The translations under genes and the position numbers were made by a program. Under the pieces are notes generated by a model. It did no database searches. It worked only from the letters and a program-made list of their open reading frames with translations, and was not told the DNA's origin. Source: Candidatus Cloacimonadota bacterium (GTDB lineage Bacteria; Cloacimonadota; Cloacimonadia; Cloacimonadales; WRIO01). From it: a stretch of DNA of 63,247 bases. Positions within the stretch are counted from its first letter, which is position 1; each line of letters starts with the position of its first letter. Below are positions 43,824 to 52,475 of this stretch, in pieces. The stretch lies in contig JAQVPR010000001.1 of NCBI GenBank assembly GCA_028702025.1, positions 1-63,247 of the forward strand, written 5' to 3'.

Positions 43824-44600
43824 ATGAAACGATTTATTATTGCAGGTAATTGGAAGATGCATTTAAATTTACTTGAAATGAGATCATTTTTTTTAAATTT
43901 ACAAAATAATCAATGTTTGTTTCATCATAAGGATATCACAAAGATTATTTGCCCGGTATTCCCTCTAATAGCTGAAGCAATAAATCTTTCTAAGGGTTTA
44001 AAAATATTAATTGGAGCTCAAAATGTTTCACAGTATGACAAAGGTGCATTCACAGGAGAAGTATCTGCAAATATTTTAAAATCTATTGAAACACAATATT
44101 GCATTATAGGTCACTCAGAAAGACGACAGTATTTTAAAGAAGATGAAGAAATTATTAGGTTAAAGTGGATGCAATTACGTTCTGAAAACATTAATCCAAT
44201 CATTTGTATTGGTGAAACCTTAGAACAAAGAGAAAACAATGAAACCTTTAATGTAATTGAAAAACAGTTAAATGGTATATTTAGTGATATGGATTTGAAG
44301 GTGAATGAAGATTTATTGATTGCTTATGAACCCGTATGGGCAATTGGTACCGGTAAATCAGCTACGCCTGAAATGGCTCAAGAAGTACATAAATATATTA
44401 GAAAAATTTTGAATGGTATTTATGGAAAAAATGCTGAAGATATCCCATTGTTATATGGAGGATCTGTAAAATCTAAAAATATAAGAGATTTACTAAGTCA
44501 AAAAGATATAGATGGAGCTCTCATTGGTGGAGCATCTTTGATTGCTGATGAATTCGCTGAAATGACTAAAATAGCAGGAGATTTAATAGAAAATGCTTGA
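43824..44600 (+). CDS. tpiA: Triosephosphate isomerase
   Basis: IIAGNWKMH, IIGHSERR, AYEPVWAIGTG and GGASL motifs. Confidence 0.95.
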   Translation: MKRFIIAGNWKMHLNLLEMRSFFLNLQNNQCLFHHKDITKIICPVFPLIAEAINLSKGLKILIGAQNVSQYDKGAFTGEVSANILKSIETQYCIIGHSERRQYFKEDEEIIRLKWMQLRSENINPIICIGETLEQRENNETFNVIEKQLNGIFSDMDLKVNEDLLIAYEPVWAIGTGKSATPEMAQEVHKYIRKILNGIYGKNAEDIPLLYGGSVKSKNIRDLLSQKDIDGALIGGASLIADEFAEMTKIAGDLIENA

Positions 44601-45858
44601 TTTAAAATTTATACGAGATAATGCAGAACTTATTGAAACTGCAATAAAAAATAAGAATGAAAAGGCTGACATTAAAAAAGTTCTTTCATTAGATGAATTA
44701 AAAAGAAAAATACAGTTTGAATTTGACCAATTGAAATCTGAACAAAACAGAGTTTCTAAAGAGATTGGTAGATTGAAAAAAGATAAACAAGATGCTACGC
44801 ATTTGTTGACTAATATGCAAGAGATTGCTGAAAAAACTAAATCATTATCAACTCAATTATCTGAAGTAGATAATGAACTGTCCAATCAATTGCTTACTAT
44901 CCCAAATATACCTCATTCCTCAGTACCTATCGGTAGAACTTCTGATGATAATATTGTTGTAAGAACAGTTGGTAAAGATGTAGAAAAGGATTTTGAACTT
45001 AAAGAGCATTTTGATTTAGCTCAAAATCAAAATTTAATTGATTTTATTAGAGGGGCTAAGATTACCGGTAGCGGATTCCCTGTTTATGTTGATAAAGGTG
45101 CGTTACTGGAAAGAGCACTTATTAATTTTATGCTTGATTATCACATACAAAAACATTCATATACAGAGGTAATGGTGCCTCATATTGTGAATAGAAATAG
45201 TATGACAGGTACCGGGCAATTGCCAAAATTAGAAAATGATATGTATTTTTTGCAAGAAGAAGATTATTTTATGATACCGACAGCAGAAGTACCGGTAACA
45301 AATTTGTATTCTAATGAAATATTAAGCATAGATAAATTGCCGACAAAATTTATCTGTTATACTCCTTGTTTCAGAAGAGAGGCAGGTTCTTATGGTAAGG
45401 ATACTAAAGGGTTGCAGAGACTTCATCAATTTAATAAAGTTGAGATGGTTAGGTTTGTTCAGTCTGAAAACTCTTGGGATACTCTTGAAGAGATGCTAAA
45501 CGATGCTGAAGATATTTTAAAGGCGTTGGATTTGAAATATAGAGTTTTATCTTTATGTACGGGGGATATGAGCTTTGCTTCAGCAAAGACTTATGATTTA
45601 GAAGTTTGGTCTCTTGCCGCTAAAAAATATCTTGAAGTTTCATCAGTATCTAATTTTGAAGATTTCCAGGCTCGCAGAGCTAATATAAGATATAGGGATA
45701 CTGATGGTAAGGTGAAATTTGTACATACATTGAATGGTTCCGGACTTGCTACTCCGAGGACTTATATTGCTATCTTAGAGCAATATCAAAATAGTGATGG
45801 AACTATTACTATCCCTGAAGTGTTGAGACCTTATATGCATGGAAGAGAGAAGATATAG
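44593..45858 (+). CDS. serS: Seryl-tRNA synthetase
   Basis: MLDLKFIRDN, an N-terminal coiled coil and class II motifs (FRREAGSYGKDTKGLQRLHQFNKVE, GSGLATPRT). Confidence 0.95.
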   Translation: MLDLKFIRDNAELIETAIKNKNEKADIKKVLSLDELKRKIQFEFDQLKSEQNRVSKEIGRLKKDKQDATHLLTNMQEIAEKTKSLSTQLSEVDNELSNQLLTIPNIPHSSVPIGRTSDDNIVVRTVGKDVEKDFELKEHFDLAQNQNLIDFIRGAKITGSGFPVYVDKGALLERALINFMLDYHIQKHSYTEVMVPHIVNRNSMTGTGQLPKLENDMYFLQEEDYFMIPTAEVPVTNLYSNEILSIDKLPTKFICYTPCFRREAGSYGKDTKGLQRLHQFNKVEMVRFVQSENSWDTLEEMLNDAEDILKALDLKYRVLSLCTGDMSFASAKTYDLEVWSLAAKKYLEVSSVSNFEDFQARRANIRYRDTDGKVKFVHTLNGSGLATPRTYIAILEQYQNSDGTITIPEVLRPYMHGREKI

Positions 45859-45867
45859 AGTTTTGTA

Positions 45868-47313
45868 ATGTTAAATGATTATAAATGGATTCCCTCAGTT
45901 AATAAGATAATTGATGAAGTTCTCAGAATAGATTTGTTTAATGATATTGATAAAAGACTTTTAGCAAGCCATATACGTCAATATTTGGGAGCATTTAAAA
46001 AATCTAAAAATAATCTTATTGAAGAAAGTTCTGATGCCTTAATACAAGATTATGTTAAAGTTTTGAAACAAATAATTCTGAATCCGTTGAAGTCTATGAT
46101 TAATGCAACAGGTATAGTTATTCATACAAATATTGGTCGTGCTCCTTATGGTGACTTATTAGTAAAAAAAGCACAAGAAACACTTTCTTCTTATACAAAT
46201 ATTGAATTTAGTTTGGAAAATGGCAATAGAGCTTATAGAGACGATTTTTTACAAAGTATATTCAATTTCATAACCGGTTCTGAAGACGTTGTAATTGTTA
46301 ATAATAACGCTGCCGCCGTTTATTTGATTTTGAAACAGTATGCTCAAGATAAAGAAGTTATTGTTTCAAGAGGTGAATTGATAGAAATTGGAGGTTCGTT
46401 TAGAATCCCGGATATTATGGACAATTCAGGTGCTATATTAAAAGAAGTAGGTACAACAAATTGTACAAGAATTAATGATTATGAACAAGGAATTGGTGAA
46501 AATACAGGATTATTATTTAAAGCACACACTTCAAATTATTCTATACAGGGGCATACTGAACAAACTAAGATTGAAGAAATAATAGAGCTTTCCAAAAAAA
46601 ATAAAATTCCTTTTGTTTATGATGCCGGATGTGGTATGATTAAAGCGTTTGATAGTATGAATAAAGATAATTTCCCAAAATTTATGTCTGATACTAATGA
46701 ATTAGATATTTCCAATTGCTTAAAACAAGGTGTTGATATTGTATGTTTTTCGGCTGATAAAATCCTTGGCTCTGTTCAAGCCGGAATAATTCTTGGTAAA
46801 AAGAAGTATTTAGCTCCTCTAAAGAAAAACCCATTAATGAGAATTTTAAGAGTTGACAAGTTTACGATTACATCATTATATCATACTTTAAGCAATTATG
46901 TTTACAATGATAGATGGTATAAAAATATTCCTGTATTTCAAATGCTTAATCAAAATGAATCTATTTTGAAGAGAAAGGCAGAGAGATTATCATTAATCTT
47001 AGAGAATTATAATCTAAATTATTCCATAATTAAAAGTTCTGATAAGGTTTTTTCAAAAAATCTTTATGCTCAAATTGGAGGAGGTTCTTTCCCAAATAAA
47101 TATATTTCTTCATATTTAATAAGACTTAATTTTGATCATATTCAGAAAACTAAACTTAATTTTGCGGATAAAATTTATAGGTCTCTCTTACAATTAGAAA
47201 AACCTATATTGACAGTTCGTTTTGAGAGGTCAATTTATTTAAATCTTTATACTTTAAGTGAAAATGATTTTGATTATATAGCTAAGAGTTTAGCTAAACT
47301 TATTGCGATGTAA
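45868..47313 (+). CDS. selA: L-seryl-tRNA(Sec) selenium transferase
   Basis: INATGIVIHTNIGRAP and the PLP-lysine context FSADKILGSVQAGIILGKKK closely match the SelA pattern (FSGDKLLGGPQAGIIVGKK). Confidence 0.85.
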   Translation: MLNDYKWIPSVNKIIDEVLRIDLFNDIDKRLLASHIRQYLGAFKKSKNNLIEESSDALIQDYVKVLKQIILNPLKSMINATGIVIHTNIGRAPYGDLLVKKAQETLSSYTNIEFSLENGNRAYRDDFLQSIFNFITGSEDVVIVNNNAAAVYLILKQYAQDKEVIVSRGELIEIGGSFRIPDIMDNSGAILKEVGTTNCTRINDYEQGIGENTGLLFKAHTSNYSIQGHTEQTKIEEIIELSKKNKIPFVYDAGCGMIKAFDSMNKDNFPKFMSDTNELDISNCLKQGVDIVCFSADKILGSVQAGIILGKKKYLAPLKKNPLMRILRVDKFTITSLYHTLSNYVYNDRWYKNIPVFQMLNQNESILKRKAERLSLILENYNLNYSIIKSSDKVFSKNLYAQIGGGSFPNKYISSYLIRLNFDHIQKTKLNFADKIYRSLLQLEKPILTVRFERSIYLNLYTLSENDFDYIAKSLAKLIAM

Positions 47314-47332
47314 TAATTTGTAAAATAAAAAA

Positions 47333-47356
47333 ACCTGCGTATGCAGGTTTTTTTTG
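47333..47356. terminator. Bidirectional rho-independent terminator between selA (+) and the lipoprotein gene (-)
   Basis: ACCTGC-GTAT-GCAGGT is flanked by an A-run upstream and T8 downstream. Confidence 0.8.
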
Positions 47357-47371
47357 TATTAATCTGTTTAA

Positions 47372-48160
47372 TTAAAAATTAAAACCGCTTTTGATGCCTT
47401 TAGAGATTCTTCTTAAATCTTCAACTTCTTCATTAGTAAAGGTTTCTTTATTTTTAACTTTTATGATTGAAAATATTTTATCATAACCGGTTACTAAGCT
47501 TTTAAACCAAGGTTCATTGTATAATTCTTTATTTTCCATTTGATTTAAGTTACGTACTAAATTATCAACAATTCCTTTTTGATTGAGTAATTTGGAAGTA
47601 TCAGTTTGATAGTTTTGAATTATAAACTCAGTCATACAATATAGTCCTTCAGTCCAGCCACCTGCTTGCACAAGAGTCATAAGGTCAAATTGATGAGTTT
47701 CATAGAGAGATCTCTCAATTTCATTTTTATATTTATCTAAAGAAACTTGTAGATCTTCCCATTTGTCTTCTTGTATTAAAAGCATTAACTCGTCAGCTAA
47801 TTTAAGAACTTCTTCGTTAATTCCAATCATTTTTGAATAATCAATCATAGCATGAGCAATACTGGTTAATTTTGTTTTATTTCTTGCTTTAGTAGCGATA
47901 ATAGCATCAGCTGTTAAAGTTCCGAGATAAAAAGAAGCATTGTAAACATCATTAATTTTTGTGTTATATTCTTCCGGGATAACATTATCATAATCAGCTC
48001 TTTGTAAGTAATCTAATGTTGCAAATAAATCAATAAAAGAAGGAACAGGAAAGAACCTTTCTTCTGTTTTAACAATGGCATCATCTTGTTGTGGAGCTTT
48101 CTTTCCACAAGCTGTTATGGCGATTACTACGAGCATTATAACTAAAATTTTTTTCCACAT
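47372..48160 (-). CDS. Lipoprotein, unknown function
   Basis: Start moved to M6 (a GGAGG lies 8 nt upstream). Lipobox AITAC-G. Helical-rich sequence, no family recognised. Confidence 0.55.
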   Translation of the reverse strand: MWKKILVIMLVVIAITACGKKAPQQDDAIVKTEERFFPVPSFIDLFATLDYLQRADYDNVIPEEYNTKINDVYNASFYLGTLTADAIIATKARNKTKLTSIAHAMIDYSKMIGINEEVLKLADELMLLIQEDKWEDLQVSLDKYKNEIERSLYETHQFDLMTLVQAGGWTEGLYCMTEFIIQNYQTDTSKLLNQKGIVDNLVRNLNQMENKELYNEPWFKSLVTGYDKIFSIIKVKNKETFTNEEVEDLRRISKGIKSGFNF

Positions 48161-48281
48161 AACTATATCCTCCAATTAAATATTCACATTATTTTCATTT
48201 AAAGCAAATTTATTTTTAAAAAAGTTCCTGTCAACTTATTTTTCTTACTTGAGATAATTAAATCCAATATTTATAAAGACT

Positions 48282-48389
48282 ATTGAATAATTTAGTTTAG
48301 CGAGCATCTTTGCTTGCACCATAAAACATCTTAACTATAGGATATTAATTAATAAGTTTCTTGCTTTTTGGAACAGGCTTTCAGAAAAC
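48282..48389 (+). repeat. Copy F1 of the hairpin repeat family
   Basis: ATTGAATAATTTAGTT, core TAGCGAGCATCTTTGCTTGCAC (48298-48319), then ..CTTAACTATAGGATATTAA.. and ..TTTTTGGAACAGGCTTTCAGAAAA. Confidence 0.8.
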
Positions 48390-48512
48390 TATTGTTGTGG
48401 AAACATCTCTGTTTGGGTTTAAATTCTTAATTGGCGCACATTCAGTATGTTATGAAACTATAAGTTGAAAGTCCGTAGAACTTTTTTGATATTTTGAGAC
48501 AGCTTAAGGAAG
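48390..48512 (+). repeat. Copy F2 of the hairpin repeat family (diverged core with compensatory changes)
   Basis: Core GTGGAAACATCTCTGTTTGGGT (48397-48418), then ..ATTCAGTATGTTATGAAACTATAAGTTGAAAGTCCGTAGAAC and TTTTGAGACAGCTTAAGGAAG. Confidence 0.75.
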
Positions 48513-48614
48513 TTTGAAGAGCAATATATGATAAATACAACAATGATTACTATTAGATGGACATATCTTAAGGTTGTGAATCTAAACTTTTTTAGAAAAA
48601 AATAAAAAAAAATC

Positions 48615-48643
48615 TTGACAATTAAATAAAATAACTTATTATT
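48615..48643 (+). promoter_or_regulatory. Possible promoter of the solute-binding protein gene
   Basis: TTGACA (48615-48620), a 16-nt spacer, then TATTAT (48637-48642). Confidence 0.45.
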
Positions 48644-48670
48644 AATAAATAAAAAATATTGGAGGTTAAA

Positions 48671-49417
48671 ATGAAAGCACGTCTAATTTTTACTTTGGCA
48701 TTATTAAGTTTATCTGTTTTTTGTTTTGCATTGCCAAAACTTGATATTGTTACTGAAGAGTATCCACCTTTTAATTTTACACAAGATAATCAATTAAAAG
48801 GAATATTTGTCGAAGTTATGGATTATGTTTTAAAAGATATTGGTTCTACTCAAACTTATCAAGATATTCAAGTGTTGCCATGGGCAAGAGGTTATAATAT
48901 GGCATTAAATAATGAAAATACAGCCTTATTTGCTACTTCATTTACTGAAGAAAGAAAGGATCTATTTAAATGGGTTGGACCTGTTTTGTCTTCAAATCAT
49001 GTGTTAATTGCAAAAAAATCCAAAAATATTAAGATTAATGACGTAAAAGATATTAAAGATTATAAAATTGGTGTCATAAATAAAGATATAGCCGAAGAAA
49101 TAGTCTTAAACAAAGGAGTAGATAGAAATCTATTAGATTCAATTGCAGATCCAACAGTTAATGTTAAAAAACTTGCAATGGATAGAGTCGATATGATTGC
49201 TTATGGTGAGATTACTGCTTATTGGTTGCTTAAAACCATTGATGAAGATGCTGCAAGTTACGAGACAGTTAATGTTTTACAGGAAACTCCTCTTTATATT
49301 GCATTCAGTAAAACTACTTCAGATGAGATTATTAATGCTTTTCAAAAATCTTTAGAAAAGCTTAAGACTCAAGATAAAGATAAATTTCAAGAAATATTAA
49401 AAAAATATGGTAATTAA
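48671..49417 (+). CDS. Family-3 (amino-acid type) ABC substrate-binding protein, orphan
   Basis: ATG at 48671 after a GGAGG. Signal peptide and a PBP type 2 pattern (IVTEEYPPFNF, PWARGY, FKWVGP). No permease or ATPase gene adjacent. Confidence 0.75.
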   Translation: MKARLIFTLALLSLSVFCFALPKLDIVTEEYPPFNFTQDNQLKGIFVEVMDYVLKDIGSTQTYQDIQVLPWARGYNMALNNENTALFATSFTEERKDLFKWVGPVLSSNHVLIAKKSKNIKINDVKDIKDYKIGVINKDIAEEIVLNKGVDRNLLDSIADPTVNVKKLAMDRVDMIAYGEITAYWLLKTIDEDAASYETVNVLQETPLYIAFSKTTSDEIINAFQKSLEKLKTQDKDKFQEILKKYGN

Positions 49418-49483
49418 AAAATTAAGAATTTTGTTTTAAATTGTTTGATGATATGATTTTGTCAGCATTTGGATCGGTTTTGA

Positions 49484-49580
49484 GGATTTATGTTGTGCGA
49501 GCATTTTTGTTTGCACAACTTATTTTATTAATAGATGGTTTTATAGCATTTAATGTTTTCAGTGTTATGGTTTTCGTAAC
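49484..49580 (+). repeat. Copy H of the hairpin repeat family (12-bp stem)
   Basis: GTTGTGCGAGCATTTTTGTTTGCACAAC (49492-49519) followed by ..AATAGATGGT..TTTCAGTGTTATGG..CGTAAC, which aligns with the linker of the other copies. Confidence 0.75.
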
Positions 49581-49668
49581 TTTCTGTTTGATAATAATTT
49601 TACCTGTATGCTTATATCATTATATGGTTGTAAATTTGAATAAAATTCAATTATTTTGTAAAAAAAAC

Positions 49669-49697
49669 TTGACAAAAAAAATATCTTATATATTATT
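49669..49697 (+). promoter_or_regulatory. Possible promoter of the TRL-like lipoprotein cluster
   Basis: CTTGACAAAA with TTGACA at 49669-49674, a 16-nt spacer, then TATTAT (49691-49696). This leaves a leader of about 170 nt before the ATG at 49871. Confidence 0.5.
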
Positions 49698-49870
49698 AAA
49701 TTAATAACTAATTGAAATTAATGATTTTGGTCTTGAAAAGTATATATATGAAGATTAATTTTGATTTGCCAACTTAATTAATTTTCAAAGTGATAGAAAT
49801 CACAAAAATCCTATTAATTTAGGTGGTGTACCGATGACTGGTTTGTCGGAAAAAAATGAAGGAGTACGTT

Positions 49871-50155
49871 ATGTTTAAAAAAGCAAAAACTATTGTTACA
49901 GCACTTGCTGCTACAGCTATTATGGCTGGTTGTGCATTAACTCTTCCTGTAAATGCTACAGGAAATCCGGTTGGTAAAAAAGTAGGAACAGCTACAGCTA
50001 CAGGTTATCTTGGATTTTTATTCTTTAATCAAGATGCTAGTATCCAAAAAGCAGCACAAAATGGTGGGATTACAAAAATTTCCACAGTTGATGTAAAAAC
50101 ATCTACTATTTTAAATCTTCTTATTTCTTACGAAACTATCGTAACCGGCGAATAA
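49871..50155 (+). CDS. TRL-like small lipoprotein
   Basis: Start at M6 after AAGGAG. Lipobox MAGC-A. GYLGFLFFNQDASIQKAAQNGGITKISTVDVKTSTILNLLISYETIVTGE resembles the TRL-like family pattern as I recall it. Confidence 0.5.
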   Translation: MFKKAKTIVTALAATAIMAGCALTLPVNATGNPVGKKVGTATATGYLGFLFFNQDASIQKAAQNGGITKISTVDVKTSTILNLLISYETIVTGE

Positions 50156-50175
50156 TTTTTAGCAAAAATTAGTAT

Positions 50176-50207
50176 GAAAGGAGGCAGGCAAACCTCCTTT
50201 CGTTTTT
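50176..50207 (+). terminator. Rho-independent terminator/attenuator after the TRL-like gene
   Basis: Stem GAAAGGAGG/CCTCCTTTC (9 bp) with loop CAGGCAAA, followed by GTTTTT. Confidence 0.75.
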
Positions 50208-50218
50208 AAGGATAATTT

Positions 50219-50704
50219 ATGAAAAAAAATACAATTTTGATATTGATTTGTCTTTTATTGCTTTTAGCGTGTGCTAAACAAAATTCAAACAATGTTAAAC
50301 TGTTTAATGATGTAGAATTTGTATTAGGAGAAGGTGAGTCGAGTGATTTAGTTGACTCAAATCTTGCTAATGAATATCGCTCTTATGTTTTAAATCCTGA
50401 TTATGAGTTTCCTTTATTTAAATATATCAAACATACAGATTATCAAATCTTCATTGCTTTGCCTTTTAATATGGATACAGAAAAACTCTTTAATCTCGAT
50501 TTTTTTACTTCAAAAAATATTGATTTTAAAAATGGGGATAATTATATTTTTTTTAAACATAAAAAGAAAGATATGTTTGTTGTCGAATATCTCTTAGAGT
50601 ATAATCAAAGTGTTTTTCATTTTTTATGTATCACAAATGATGAAGATATTGATAATAATCTTTTGAGTTATGACAAACTAATACAAAGAATTAGCTTAAA
50701 ATAA
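50219..50704 (+). CDS. Lipoprotein, unknown function
   Basis: Lipobox LLLAC-A. 161 aa. No family recognised. Confidence 0.5.
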   Translation: MKKNTILILICLLLLLACAKQNSNNVKLFNDVEFVLGEGESSDLVDSNLANEYRSYVLNPDYEFPLFKYIKHTDYQIFIALPFNMDTEKLFNLDFFTSKNIDFKNGDNYIFFKHKKKDMFVVEYLLEYNQSVFHFLCITNDEDIDNNLLSYDKLIQRISLK

Positions 50705-50706
50705 TT

Positions 50707-51249
50707 ATGAAAAATTTTAAAATATACTTTATATTAATCTGTACAGTTATTCTTTTATGTTCTTGTATGGGAGTTAGACCGGGATCAAGAAAAGGTGCTT
50801 CAAGCCTATATGAAAGTTTTTATGCCGGCGAAGAAGGGATGCAGTATTTTATTAAACCTCTTGAGTTTAAAGATAATAACAAAAATAAACTCTTAGTGGA
50901 TTTTACTTTTAGGTATAAAAAAGAAATAAAAGACTCTGTGATTGTAAATATTTCTGTAATAAGTGAAAATCTCATAAGAGAATTTAATGCTTTGAAAATC
51001 ACTACTAAAGACAATATTGTAAGTGCAGATACTTTGAATTTCTTTTTGTCTCAAATTCATAATGAAGATATAACTTCTCGTTTTACAACTAATATTTTTT
51101 TGGGTGATATTGTAGATATTTTTGAAAGTTCTGACTGGGTTATTAATATTGATACAAATTATATAAAAAGTGAGTTTTATCCTACTAATAAAACAAAAAA
51201 AATAATAAAACGTTTAAACCAAAATTTATTCATTTTATTTAGACATTGA
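50707..51249 (+). CDS. Lipoprotein, unknown function
   Basis: Lipobox ILLCSC-M. 180 aa. Starts 3 nt after the preceding gene. No family recognised. Confidence 0.5.
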   Translation: MKNFKIYFILICTVILLCSCMGVRPGSRKGASSLYESFYAGEEGMQYFIKPLEFKDNNKNKLLVDFTFRYKKEIKDSVIVNISVISENLIREFNALKITTKDNIVSADTLNFFLSQIHNEDITSRFTTNIFLGDIVDIFESSDWVINIDTNYIKSEFYPTNKTKKIIKRLNQNLFILFRH

Positions 51250-51283
51250 TTATTAGTAAAAAAATATTTATTATCAATCTTAT

Positions 51284-51305
51284 GAAAGTATTTTTGTTTG
51301 CACAA
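51284..51305 (+). repeat. 5'-degraded copy (G) of the hairpin repeat core
   Basis: GAAAGTATTTTTGTTTGCACAA matches the loop and 3' arm of the 49492 copy. It is followed by a TTTCGAGACATTCTTCCGAA tail motif and ..ATCTTGATTTT as in copy E1. Confidence 0.55.
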
Positions 51306-51394
51306 TAGTAGTTTCGAGACATTCTTCCGAATTTGTAAAACATCGTTTGATGTTAGTTAATATCTTGATTTTATAAGCTTTTTTTTAGCAAATC

Positions 51395-51441
51395 TACAAG
51401 GGACCTCCAAGATGCTTTTTCCTTCTTGGAGGTCCCTTGTA
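51395..51441. repeat. Second copy of the GC-rich GGGACCTCCAAGA hairpin
   Basis: TACAAGGGACCTCCAAGA-TGCTTTTTCCT-TCTTGGAGGTCCCTTGTA has 18-bp arms identical to 33163-33208 with a different loop. No clean T-run on either side. Confidence 0.85.
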
Positions 51442-51501
51442 CGTAGTATGTAAATTTTAAGTATCTAACTTGATGTTTAATAATAATTTATATGTATTTT
51501 T

Positions 51502-52263
51502 TTAGATGTTTGGCAGAGTTAAGATTTCGTAAGAATCTTTTGTGATTAAAACAGTATGTTCAAATTGAGCACTTAGGCTATTATCTTTTGTTGTGACAGT
51601 CCATCCGTCAATAGATGAAGTGTGTACTCTCCAATTTTTACTTTTATTAATCATAGGCTCTACTGTGAAAATCATACCTGTTTGTAATTTGATATTATTT
51701 GATTTTGTATAAAAGTGGCAGACGTGAGGTTCTTCGTGAAATCTGATGCCTACACCGTGCCCACCGTATTCTTTCACAACTGAATAATTAAAGGGTTCGA
51801 CAAATTTTTCGATAGTTTTACCCATTTCTGAAAGTAAAATACCGGGTTTTAAGATTTTAATACCGGCGTACATAGAGTCTTCAGTGATTTTGACAAAGTT
51901 TTTAATGTCTTCATCAGCTTCTCCGATAATATAAGTTTTTGACGTATCTCCAAAATATCCTTCGTAAATTACAGTGATATCAATATTTACAATATCTCCA
52001 TTTTTTAAGATATCTTTTTTGTCAGGTATGCCGTGGCATACAACATTATTAATGGAAGTACAAATAGATTTAGGAAACCCGTGATAGTTTAATGGAGCAG
52101 GAATGGAATTTTGAGATTTAATATATTTATGAGCAAGCTCGTTGAGAGTTTCAGTATCTTGCCCGATATGTAAGAATTGTTCAAGATAGATTAACGTATT
52201 AGCTGCAATTACGCTAGCTTTTTTAATACCTTGAATTTGAGTTTCGTTTTTGATAATAATCAT
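51502..52263 (-). CDS. map: Type I methionine aminopeptidase
   Basis: VCHGIP, DITVIYEGYFGD, GHGVGIRFHE and FTVEP metal-ligand motifs. Confidence 0.95.
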   Translation of the reverse strand: MIIIKNETQIQGIKKASVIAANTLIYLEQFLHIGQDTETLNELAHKYIKSQNSIPAPLNYHGFPKSICTSINNVVCHGIPDKKDILKNGDIVNIDITVIYEGYFGDTSKTYIIGEADEDIKNFVKITEDSMYAGIKILKPGILLSEMGKTIEKFVEPFNYSVVKEYGGHGVGIRFHEEPHVCHFYTKSNNIKLQTGMIFTVEPMINKSKNWRVHTSSIDGWTVTTKDNSLSAQFEHTVLITKDSYEILTLPNI

Positions 52264-52280
52264 CTTATAGCCCTTTCTTA

Positions 52281-52306
52281 AAAATAAAAAAGCCGCTTAA
52301 AGCGGC
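52281..52306 (-). terminator. Rho-independent terminator after tRNA(CAT)
   Basis: Stem GCCGCT/AGCGGC. On the minus strand it is followed by TTTTTTATTTT. Confidence 0.65.
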
Positions 52307-52313
52307 AAATTTA

Positions 52314-52389
52314 TGGTGGGCCCAAGAGGAGTCGAACCTCTGACCGTCCGGTTATGAGCCGGAAGCTCTACCAACTGAGCTATAGGCCC
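52314..52389 (-). tRNA. tRNA with CAT anticodon (elongator Met, or Ile2 if lysidine-modified); CCA encoded
   Basis: The reverse complement is GGGCCTATAGCTCAGTTGGTAGAGCTTCCGGCTCATAACCGGACGGTCAGAGGTTCGACTCCTCTTGGGCCCACCA. It folds as a cloverleaf with anticodon loop CTCATAA. It lacks the initiator features (C1:A72 mismatch, three G-C pairs in the anticodon stem). Confidence 0.85.
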
Positions 52390-52475
52390 TAAATAATTCA
52401 CTCTTTAGATAAACATAATTTTTAGATATTGATTTTTTTGTCAAGAGAAATATTTATTATTTAGGGATATTGAGT

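Noticed and set aside
49492-49519. Hairpin repeats as integron attC sites or gene cassettes
   Set aside because: The ends (GTTGTGC...GCACAAC) do not fit the RYYYAAC/GTTRRRY attC core. The elements are much shorter than typical attC sites and have no extrahelical-base pattern. The flanking genes are not a co-oriented promoterless cassette array, and no intI gene is present.
49441-49704. 87-aa hydrophobic ORF in the track
   Set aside because: It spans repeat copy H and the TTGACA promoter of the next gene. It starts with TTG and has no RBS. Its hydrophobicity is what T-rich intergenic DNA yields when translated.
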